Assembly (NCBI GenBank): GCA_043816185.1
Contig: JBDRIG010000089.1
Span: forward strand, 1-28,226
From: Elusimicrobiota bacterium
GTDB lineage: Bacteria; Elusimicrobiota; UBA8919
DNA length: 28,226 nucleotides
Reading direction: 5' to 3'
Within the stretch, counting starts at the first letter, position 1. The number at the start of each line of letters is the position of its first letter. Below the pieces are notes generated by a model. That model was not told the DNA's origin, made no database searches, and saw only the letters and a list, made by a program, of their open reading frames with translations. Shown here piece by piece: positions 9,530 through 17,118 of the stretch. Made by a program: the position numbers and the translations under genes.

Positions 9530-9668
9530 GAGGCTATCCGACAACCTATTCCGCTTTACCGACGACACAGCGTCAGTAAAAAATGATGTGTTGTTTGTTG
9601 TCATTAGTTGCCAAATACTGCTATATTTTATAAAAAAATGACTGTTTTACGATTTGTCGGACAGCCTC
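9530..9668. mobile_element. 139-bp MITE with 15-bp TIRs and a 4-bp target duplication
   Basis: GAGGCTATCCGACAA ... TTGTCGGACAGCCTC (14/15 inverted match), flanked by ACAA at 9526-9529 and 9669-9672. Confidence 0.85.
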
Positions 9669-9703
9669 ACAAGCGTCGTAAAATGATATAATTTGGTAAT
9701 GCA

Positions 9704-9777
9704 GGGCTCTTAGCTCAGTCGGTTAGAGCAGCTGACTCATAATCAGCGGGTCGGGGGTTCGAGTCCCTCAGGGCCCA
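9704..9777 (+). tRNA. tRNA with CAT anticodon, most likely tRNA-Ile2 (lysidine-modified)
   Basis: Cloverleaf with GGGCTCT/AGGGCCC acceptor stem, anticodon arm GCTGA-CTCATAA-TCAGC and GGTTCGAGTCC T-arm. The body resembles Ile2 rather than fMet or elongator Met. CCA is not encoded. Confidence 0.9.
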
Positions 9778-9848
9778 TTAAAAACAGATAAAAGTTCGAA
9801 GGATAAAGAAAAGAGTAAAAAATAAGACGGAAAACTGGAAACTGGAAG

Positions 9849-10487
9849 ATGAAAGATGTGGCAAAAGAAATATTAACACGGCTGAAAAAACAATATCCAT
9901 CTGTAAAAAAAACAGCATTGACATTTTCAAATCCGCTGGAAATTCTTGTTGCGACAATTCTTTCTGCGCAATGTACTGACGAACGTGTTAATAAGGTTAC
10001 ACCAAAACTTTTTTGTAAATATAAAAAAGCATCTGAGTATGCTGATGCCGATATAAAAGTTTTTGAACAAGAAATAAGATCCACGGGTTTTTATCACAAC
10101 AAATCAAAAAATATAATAAATACCTGTAAGATTATTGACGAAAAATATGGTAATAAAGTGCCAGATAGCATGGAGGATTTATTGACACTTCCAGGCGTGG
10201 CGAGAAAAACAGCAAACATTGTATTGGGAAATGCATTCGGAAAAATTTTTGGTGTTGCGGTTGACACACATGTAAAGCGTTTATCGTTTCGTTTGGGGCT
10301 ATCAAAAAATACTAATCCAGAAAAAATAGAGCAAGATTTAATGAAAACATTTGATAAAAATGATTGGTTTGCGGTTTCAAATCTTTTAGTAGAACACGGA
10401 AGAAAAATTTGCAATGCTAAGAAACCTGATTGTAAAAACTGTTTTTTATGCGATGTTTGTCAAAAATTAGATGTTTCGGGCAATTAG
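9849..10487 (+). CDS. nth: Endonuclease III
   Basis: ILSAQCTD, HhH LPGVARKTAN, AVDTHV and a C-X6-C-X2-C-X5-C 4Fe-4S motif. Confidence 0.97.
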   Translation: MKDVAKEILTRLKKQYPSVKKTALTFSNPLEILVATILSAQCTDERVNKVTPKLFCKYKKASEYADADIKVFEQEIRSTGFYHNKSKNIINTCKIIDEKYGNKVPDSMEDLLTLPGVARKTANIVLGNAFGKIFGVAVDTHVKRLSFRLGLSKNTNPEKIEQDLMKTFDKNDWFAVSNLLVEHGRKICNAKKPDCKNCFLCDVCQKLDVSGN

Positions 10488-10549
10488 CTCAGCGGGAGAG
10501 CACTCCCCTCACACGGGAGGAGTCGCAGGTTCAATCCCTGCATTGCCCA
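10478..10549 (+). tRNA. tRNA-Val(CAC)
   Basis: GGGCAAT/ATTGCCC acceptor stem, anticodon arm CTCCC-CTCACAC-GGGAG and GGTTCAATCC T-arm. It overlaps the last 10 nt of nth. Confidence 0.95.
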
Positions 10550-10599
10550 GCGAATGTGTGATAGATTAATAAATTACTATAGATAACAGGAGGTAGGCT

Positions 10600-11301
10600 G
10601 TGAACGAAGATCTTTCAAAACTTATAGAATTACAAGATGTTGATTTAAAAATAGACGAAGCAAATAATGACATTAAAAAGATTGATAATGAAATAATTTT
10701 TTTGTTGGACACTCTTGAGAAAGAGAAGGAGCAAATTGAAACTGTTAAAAAAAATCTAACAAGTAGCAGCATTTTAAAAAAAGAAAAAGAAATTAGAATA
10801 ATCTCAATAGAAGAAGAAATAAAAAAGCACAATACTGAATTAAATGCAGTTAAAACTAACAATGCGTATAAAGCACTTTTATCAGAGGTGGAAGATGGAA
10901 AAAAAGAAAAACTAAAATTAGAAGACGAACTATTATTGTTAATGGAAACAGACGAAAAAAATTCTGATGATGTGAAAAATTTACAAAAAGAATATGAGAA
11001 TAAAAAACTAAAATTTAATGAAAGAAAAATACAGTTTGAAAATAATTTAAAAAGCTTAAACGAACTTATTGTACAACTTTCCGATATACGAAAAACAAAA
11101 TTAGTGGAATTGTCAAAAAATATTGCTGATAAATATGAAAATATAAGAAAGAACAAAAATGGTAGTGCTGTTGTAGTTATAAAAAACAATTCTTGTGGTG
11201 GATGTCATAGAAGTTTACCAATCCATATTATTGACGAAGTGAAAAAAGACAAAGATTTAGTTTTTTGTAGCAACTGTATGAGAATTTTGTATCGGAAATA
11301 A
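10600..11301 (+). CDS. Coiled-coil C4-type zinc-ribbon protein (DUF164/CT398-like)
   Basis: LIELQDVD start, long coiled coil, CGGC and CSNCMRIL motifs; AGGAGG RBS with GTG start. Confidence 0.92.
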   Translation: MNEDLSKLIELQDVDLKIDEANNDIKKIDNEIIFLLDTLEKEKEQIETVKKNLTSSSILKKEKEIRIISIEEEIKKHNTELNAVKTNNAYKALLSEVEDGKKEKLKLEDELLLLMETDEKNSDDVKNLQKEYENKKLKFNERKIQFENNLKSLNELIVQLSDIRKTKLVELSKNIADKYENIRKNKNGSAVVVIKNNSCGGCHRSLPIHIIDEVKKDKDLVFCSNCMRILYRK

Positions 11302-11717
11302 TGAAAGAGCTTACTATTTATACTGACGGTGCATCAAGAGGCAATCCTGGCCCTTCTGGGATAGGGATAGTTATCAAAGATGTTTCTGGAAAAATCGTTA
11401 AGAATGTAAAAAAATATATTGGAATTGCTACTAATAATATAGCTGAGTACAATGCCCTTCTTGTTGCATTTGAGGAAGCAAAAAAACTTGAGGCGGATAA
11501 GATTAAAATTTTTCTCGATTCCGAACTTGTTTGTAAGCAATATCTTGGTGAATATAAGGTTAAAGATAAAAATCTTAAAGAAATTTTGGAAAAAATAAGA
11601 GAGAGAGGAAAAAATTTTTTAAGCATTGAAGTTACCCATATTCCAAGAGAAAATAATAAAGAAGCAGACAAATTGGCGAATATAGCGATAAACATAGGTG
11701 AAACAGGAGGGGATTGA
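11301..11717 (+). CDS. rnhA: Ribonuclease HI
   Basis: YTDGASRGNPG, TNNIAEY, DSELV and HIPRENNKEADKLAN motifs. Confidence 0.95.
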   Translation: MKELTIYTDGASRGNPGPSGIGIVIKDVSGKIVKNVKKYIGIATNNIAEYNALLVAFEEAKKLEADKIKIFLDSELVCKQYLGEYKVKDKNLKEILEKIRERGKNFLSIEVTHIPRENNKEADKLANIAINIGETGGD

Positions 11718-12165
11718 GGAATTGTTCTAATCTTACGAAAGTTTGATTGGAAAGGAAAGTCCGGACTCCGCAGAACAGGGTGATGGCTAACGGCCACCGT
11801 CTAAACGCAGGTGCTCACAGATGAAAATCAGTGGTCATCAGTGTTAAAAGATAGGGAAAGTGCTACAGAAAAAATACAGCCCAGCATATAGTTTATGTGT
11901 TGGGTAAAGGTGAAAAGGTGTCCGTAATAGGATCCCAAGCGTAAGCGAGGGACGGTAAGAGCGCACCGCTTTGCTGGTGACGGCGAAGGCATAGTAAACC
12001 CCACTCGGAGCAAGGTCCAAAATAAAAGATTCGCACTGTATTTAGTGTGAAACGCAGTTGTTCGCTGCGTCATTATTTTTAAGGTTGACCGCTTGACCCC
12101 GCAAGTAATTTCGGGGCTAGAGAAATAATTCCTTAAACAGAATCCGGCTTACTAATTCTCTCCTG
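11704..12165 (+). ncRNA. rnpB: RNase P RNA, type A, enlarged (about 462 nt)
   Basis: AGGAAAGTCCGGAC, GGAAAGTGCTACAGAAA, GGTAAGAGCGCACC, GGAGCAAG and ACAGAATCCGGCTTA motifs. A 13-bp P1 pairs 11704-11716 with 12153-12165. Confidence 0.97.
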
Positions 12166-12304
12166 AAAATTTAGATCTCGTTTTTTTGTAGGATGAGCCT
12201 TCGGATTTGCCATGCGGGTTTATTATAAATAGGCAACTCTTAGATGACTTTTAGTCAACACTTTAAGAAAAGGTTGTGGTGAATTCATCGCAACTCATCA
12301 CTAT

Positions 12305-12349
12305 GAGACTGTGTCGCAATGACCAAAAATGGAGTTATAACACAGTCAC
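12305..12349. mobile_element. 45-bp minimal MITE (two ends only)
   Basis: GAGACTGTGTCGCAAT is fused directly to GACCAAAAATGGAGTTATAACACAGTCAC. Confidence 0.8.
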
Positions 12350-12388
12350 CGTGTGTTGCACTAACACATTAAACTTGCTAAAGACGAT

Positions 12389-13735
12389 ATGAAAAAAAAT
12401 AAAATTGCTGACATAACATCGGGCATAACATTGTTGACATGGTTATATGGTTATATATCGATATGGAAGAACCATATCGTCGTATCGCTGTGTCGCTATA
12501 TCGCAACCATATCACTATTTGCCATTTTGTCATCTTGTCATCTTGTTACCTCCCTCTCCGCCGCTATTCGTATTGGAACAGAATTAGAAACAGGTGGCAT
12601 AAGCTACACTAACCCAAACCATTTAGAAACATCATCATTAAAAAATTCGTACAATTATCAGAAGTCTCGTCTATATCTTGAGGGTGATTTGAAAAAAAAT
12701 GTTACTGTCGGCGTAAAACTTTTAAGCCGAGGGATTTTCGGAAAAGAATTTGGGAAGGAATATACAACTGCGAAATCATCAGTTACGTTTATAAATTGTA
12801 CGCCTCAAATTGAAAATGCATTTATAAAATTCTCGGAAATAAACAATTTACCCGTCGATTTTATTGTAGGACGGCAGCCGTTGAAAGTAGGTCAAGGAGT
12901 TATCATCGACGACGATGGGCTTGGTTTCGATGCTATTAGATTAAAAGTACGGTTACCTCTTGATATTAGCACAGATGCATTTATTATAAAAAGAGCAGAG
13001 CTTTCAGGCGATAACTTTACAAAAGATAAGGATGAATCGCTTTTGGCAATCGGCAGCAACTGGTTTTACAAACATAATTATAATTTTAGTGTCTATTATT
13101 TTATTGAAAATTCTTCCCTACCCTTGAAAAAAAATTTTATATCAGTTCGTGCTGATGGAAAATTTGAAGAAGGCGTTGATTATCGTGCGGAAGTTATACA
13201 ATCTGGTGGCGATTACTCAGGAATTTCTTACTTAATAGGTGCCACGGCATGCTCAAAATTAAGACGACTTGGCAAAACGTCCGTCAATTTCGAATATGCT
13301 GTTGGGACGGGAAAAGAAAATAAATTAGGATTTGCGCCGACTTATGGGCACAAAACCGACGGGCTTGAACGAAGTGGATATGGCGAATATTTTGGTGCAT
13401 CTATGAGTGATTTTTATGGCGGAATATCCTCCTATAAATCCGATGGGCAAGGAGTTCATACCACAACCTTAGGGGTTGATTTTGAGCCTTGCAAAGATCT
13501 AAATATAGGCTTCGATTATTATATTTTGTTTTCGCTTGACTATCCCAAATTAACCGGTATTGAAAGTTATTTTGGAGAAGAAGTAGATATGTCAGTAAAG
13601 TATAAATATGCTGAAAATTGTTTTTTCCAACTTGTTTATGGTAGATTTTCGCCTTTGAAAATAATTAAACCACAAAGCGAGACGGCAAAAATAATTTCAA
13701 ATAAACTTAGCTGGTCAATTACTGCAAAATTCTGA
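12389..13735 (+). CDS. Outer-membrane beta-barrel (alginate-export/porin-like) with an abnormally long, repeat-rich leader
   Basis: IENAFI, IVGRQPL.VGQG.I, GFDAI and GEEVD motifs; C-terminal Phe (WSITAKF). Confidence 0.75.
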   Translation: MKKNKIADITSGITLLTWLYGYISIWKNHIVVSLCRYIATISLFAILSSCHLVTSLSAAIRIGTELETGGISYTNPNHLETSSLKNSYNYQKSRLYLEGDLKKNVTVGVKLLSRGIFGKEFGKEYTTAKSSVTFINCTPQIENAFIKFSEINNLPVDFIVGRQPLKVGQGVIIDDDGLGFDAIRLKVRLPLDISTDAFIIKRAELSGDNFTKDKDESLLAIGSNWFYKHNYNFSVYYFIENSSLPLKKNFISVRADGKFEEGVDYRAEVIQSGGDYSGISYLIGATACSKLRRLGKTSVNFEYAVGTGKENKLGFAPTYGHKTDGLERSGYGEYFGASMSDFYGGISSYKSDGQGVHTTTLGVDFEPCKDLNIGFDYYILFSLDYPKLTGIESYFGEEVDMSVKYKYAENCFFQLVYGRFSPLKIIKPQSETAKIISNKLSWSITAKF

Positions 13736-13833
13736 TAAACAATATAAAGTAAAATCAAAAAACTTGGTTCATAAAACACAGTAAATTAGTATTTAATTCT
13801 GAATTGAGCAAAGCGAAGTGGTGGGAGGGCAAA

Positions 13834-14406
13834 ATGTTGAAAAAGGTTTTTATCTGCGTAATTAGTTCAGGTTTGTCGTTGCGAACAATAGCGAAGCAAT
13901 CTCGATATTGTCTTGTCGTTACACTCCTCGCAATAATATTTTCATATAATCTGTGTTTTGCGAAGGATCTTTCAGAAAAAACAGGGATTGGATTTAACAG
14001 TCAATTATCTGATTTTAGCGTGAACTCCTTTTCTATCCGCTATTGGTTTTCTCAAACAATGGCTATTGAAGGACTGTTAGGGTTTTCTCTTGGCGACGAT
14101 ACAGTTTTTGATATTGGTGGAAAGTTTCTAACTATTCTTAAAGAGGAAAAAAACCTAAATCTCTATGGATTTATAATGCTTGGACTCGAATCATATCAAA
14201 CTACGAACAATCAAAACAACCAAAAATCTGATGACACATCTTTTTTGGGAGGCGGAGGTTTTGGGGTTGAATTCTTTTTCAGCGATTTCCCAAACCTTGG
14301 ATTTGCTGGGGAAGTAGGTCTTGACTTTACAAGTACAACTGATAAAAGTCAGTTTGGAACAACAGCGGGATGGTTGTCCGCAGTAGGCATAAGATATTAT
14401 TTGTAA
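13834..14406 (+). CDS. Small outer-membrane beta-barrel protein
   Basis: GGGAGG RBS before ATG 13834, signal peptide ending CFA, amphipathic Gly/aromatic strands and a C-terminal GIRYYL. Confidence 0.75.
   Translation: MLKKVFICVISSGLSLRTIAKQSRYCLVVTLLAIIFSYNLCFAKDLSEKTGIGFNSQLSDFSVNSFSIRYWFSQTMAIEGLLGFSLGDDTVFDIGGKFLTILKEEKNLNLYGFIMLGLESYQTTNNQNNQKSDDTSFLGGGGFGVEFFFSDFPNLGFAGEVGLDFTSTTDKSQFGTTAGWLSAVGIRYYL
13874..13938. repeat. REP-like palindrome inside the signal-peptide coding region
   Basis: TGTCGTTGCGA...CGAAGCAATCTC GATATTG...CTCGCAATAATA has the same architecture as the intergenic copy at 21070-21156. Confidence 0.8.
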
Positions 14407-14582
14407 TATGATCTACTAACAAAGAATTTGTTGATATATCGACGAAAAAAGATATACAATGGTATAGAAAACAACGACGAAACTACAAGGAAAACTGATG
14501 AAAGTGCCAAAAACCCTTGCAGTTTTGCATAAAATCCAATGTTCCACTAAGAACATAATATTGGTAGAAACTTGTCGTCATT

Positions 14583-14698
14583 GAGACTGTGTCACAATGA
14601 GCTAAAAAGTTGCATTTTTATAGAAGATAGTAACTGATGATAAATATGGTACTGCAATCCAACACTAAGTGGTAAAAGATGGATTGTGACACAGTCTG
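14583..14698. mobile_element. 116-bp MITE with perfect 15-bp TIRs, apparently nested in a REP-like element
   Basis: AGACTGTGTCACAAT (14584-14598) pairs with ATTGTGACACAGTCT (14683-14697). The flanks are GTCATT and ...GTGAAGCAATCTC. Confidence 0.85.
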
Positions 14699-14729
14699 AA
14701 TGAGATCAACAGTGAAGCAATCTCGACGT

Positions 14730-14783
14730 TGACCATGAACATAAAATAGATTGTCAATAAATGAGTCACCTAACGAAGTAGTG
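14730..14783 (+). repeat. 54-bp dispersed repeat, copy 2
   Basis: 47/54 identical to the reverse complement of 7040-7093. Confidence 0.85.
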
Positions 14784-14870
14784 ATACAATATCACCTGAA
14801 AATTAAGAACTTCAAATATTAAAATCCATAGTTCCTAATTTTCAATTTTCAACCTGCAACCACTTTTTCT

Positions 14871-17108
14871 ATGAAACCGCTCTATATTGCTTTTGTATGG
14901 CACCAACACCAACCAAGTTATAAAAATCCTCAAACAGAAAAATATCTTTTACCATGGGTACGACTTCATTGCACAAAAGATTACTATGATCTCGTGTCAA
15001 TCCTCGATAAATTCCCAAAAATAAAACAAACAATAAATATCACACCTTGTCTAATAGAACAAATTGTCGACTATACAATTGGTGCGACGGATGATTTTTT
15101 AGATGTTTCAAAAAAAACCGCAAAAGAACTCACGAAAGAAGACCGAATTTTTATTTTAAAAAATTTTTTTATGGCAAATCCAGAAACAATGATAGAGTTG
15201 TATCCGAGATATAATGAACTTTTTATACGACGAGGATGGCAAGCAGACGATAATTACTTAAAAAGAATAGAATCGCTTTTTAGTGCCGCAGATATTCGTG
15301 ATTTAGTCGTGTGGTTTAATCTTTCATGGATTGGCCCTTATTTTAGACAGCATAATGAAAAAATACAATATCTGTTAAAAAAAGGGAAAGATTTTTCAGA
15401 GCAAGATAGGCAAGTACTTATCGATGAAATGGCAAAAATTATTGCGATGGTACTTCCCAAACATAAGGAACTACAAGACAAAGGACAAATCGAGATTATC
15501 ACCTCCGCATATTATCATCCAATTTTGCCGCTTTTAATCGATACGAACGTTGCAAAAGCGGGAATGCCAAACGTAATACTTCCTAAAACAAGGTTTTGTC
15601 AACCAGAAGATGCGGAGTTTCAAATAATGGCTGGATTGGATCTCTACGAAAAAATATTCAATAAAAAGTCAAACGGTTTATGGCCGTCAGAGGGCTCTGT
15701 ATCGTCAGGTGTTGTGCCAATGGTTGCTAAAAATGGGATATCATGGATTGCAACTGATGAGGAAATTCTTCATAGAACACTTGGCAATACTACAAGTGGC
15801 ACGCAGAAATCAAAAGTTCTTTATAAACCATATAAAATTACCGTTGATAAACATTCGGTAAATATTATTTTTCGTGACCACAAACTTTCTGATTTAATTG
15901 GTTTTGTATATCACAAAATGGATGCAGAAGATGCGGCAAACGACTTTATTGGGCGACTTATCGAAATAAAAAATTCCATTTCAAACGATAGTGACGTTCC
16001 CCCAATTGTTAGTATAATTTTAGACGGTGAAAATTGCTGGGAATATTATAAAAATAACGGATCCGATTTTCTTAATTGTCTTTACACAAAACTTTCAAAC
16101 GAATCAGATGGCGAAAAAAATGGGCTTATTACGACGACAGTTTCGGAATATCTTGCAAAGTTTCCGCCAAAAGATGAACTCAAAGGTATATTTCCTGGTT
16201 CTTGGATTAATGGCAATTTTGGTATTTGGATTGGGCACTCCGAGGATAATCAATCATGGGATTGTCTTAATCAGGCAAGAAAATTTTTAATGAGCAGAAC
16301 GCCAAAAGCGGACATGGTGGAGGTGCCAAGAGTAAACATTTTGGAGGACGAAGCATCAACAAGTTTACCCAAAAGCATAAAAAAAACCCACCTGACAGCC
16401 GTCGAGCGGGCATGGGAAGAAATTTACATAGCAGAAGGAAGCGATTGGAATTGGTGGTATGGAGCAGATCACTCTTCCATGAACGATGCCGAGTTTGACC
16501 AACTTTATAGAGCACATCTCATGAATGTCTATAAACTTTTAAATGAAAAAGTGCCAGACAATCTTTATTTTTCAATAAAAAGAAAGCCGAAAATACTTGA
16601 TAACATCATTGAGCCAATTGATTTTATAAAACCGAAAATCGATGGTATAGTTACCAATTATTTTGAATGGTATAATGCTGGGTTTTACGATGTATCAAAA
16701 TCAGGAAGTACAATGCATCAAACAAACACCTGTATTAAAATGATTTATTGGGGATTTGATAAAACCGAACTATATTTCCGACTTAACTCTTTTTATCCAT
16801 ATCCGAAAGATACAAAATTTAAGATTGTTTTTTTAAAGCCCAAACAAAAAGAAGATATAATTATTGATGCGTGTAACAATTCGGCGGTTTTTAATACAGC
16901 GAAATTAAAAAATATTGCAATTGGAAAAAGTGGAATAATTGAGCTTTCAATTCCATTTTCGGATATTGGCACAGAACCTGGTGAGATTATAGAGTTTATT
17001 GTAATTGCCGAGCAAAAAGGTCTTGAACTTGAAAGATGGCCATATTATGCATCTATTGTTTTTAAACATCCTTTCAAAAACTTTCCTGAAAAATATTGGT
17101 CAGCATAG
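14871..17108 (+). CDS. Glycoside hydrolase family 57 (amylopullulanase-like)
   Basis: WHQHQP, HPILPLL, WPSEGSVS (nucleophile Glu), ILDGENCWE (acid/base Asp) and AEGSDWNWW motifs. Confidence 0.93.
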   Translation: MKPLYIAFVWHQHQPSYKNPQTEKYLLPWVRLHCTKDYYDLVSILDKFPKIKQTINITPCLIEQIVDYTIGATDDFLDVSKKTAKELTKEDRIFILKNFFMANPETMIELYPRYNELFIRRGWQADDNYLKRIESLFSAADIRDLVVWFNLSWIGPYFRQHNEKIQYLLKKGKDFSEQDRQVLIDEMAKIIAMVLPKHKELQDKGQIEIITSAYYHPILPLLIDTNVAKAGMPNVILPKTRFCQPEDAEFQIMAGLDLYEKIFNKKSNGLWPSEGSVSSGVVPMVAKNGISWIATDEEILHRTLGNTTSGTQKSKVLYKPYKITVDKHSVNIIFRDHKLSDLIGFVYHKMDAEDAANDFIGRLIEIKNSISNDSDVPPIVSIILDGENCWEYYKNNGSDFLNCLYTKLSNESDGEKNGLITTTVSEYLAKFPPKDELKGIFPGSWINGNFGIWIGHSEDNQSWDCLNQARKFLMSRTPKADMVEVPRVNILEDEASTSLPKSIKKTHLTAVERAWEEIYIAEGSDWNWWYGADHSSMNDAEFDQLYRAHLMNVYKLLNEKVPDNLYFSIKRKPKILDNIIEPIDFIKPKIDGIVTNYFEWYNAGFYDVSKSGSTMHQTNTCIKMIYWGFDKTELYFRLNSFYPYPKDTKFKIVFLKPKQKEDIIIDACNNSAVFNTAKLKNIAIGKSGIIELSIPFSDIGTEPGEIIEFIVIAEQKGLELERWPYYASIVFKHPFKNFPEKYWSA

Positions 17109-17118
17109 AATACTGTTT

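Noticed and set aside
14477..14582. Hammerhead ribozyme (CTGATGA and GAAAC...GTC present)
   Set aside because: Stems I and II cannot be formed around the core in the permutations I tried.
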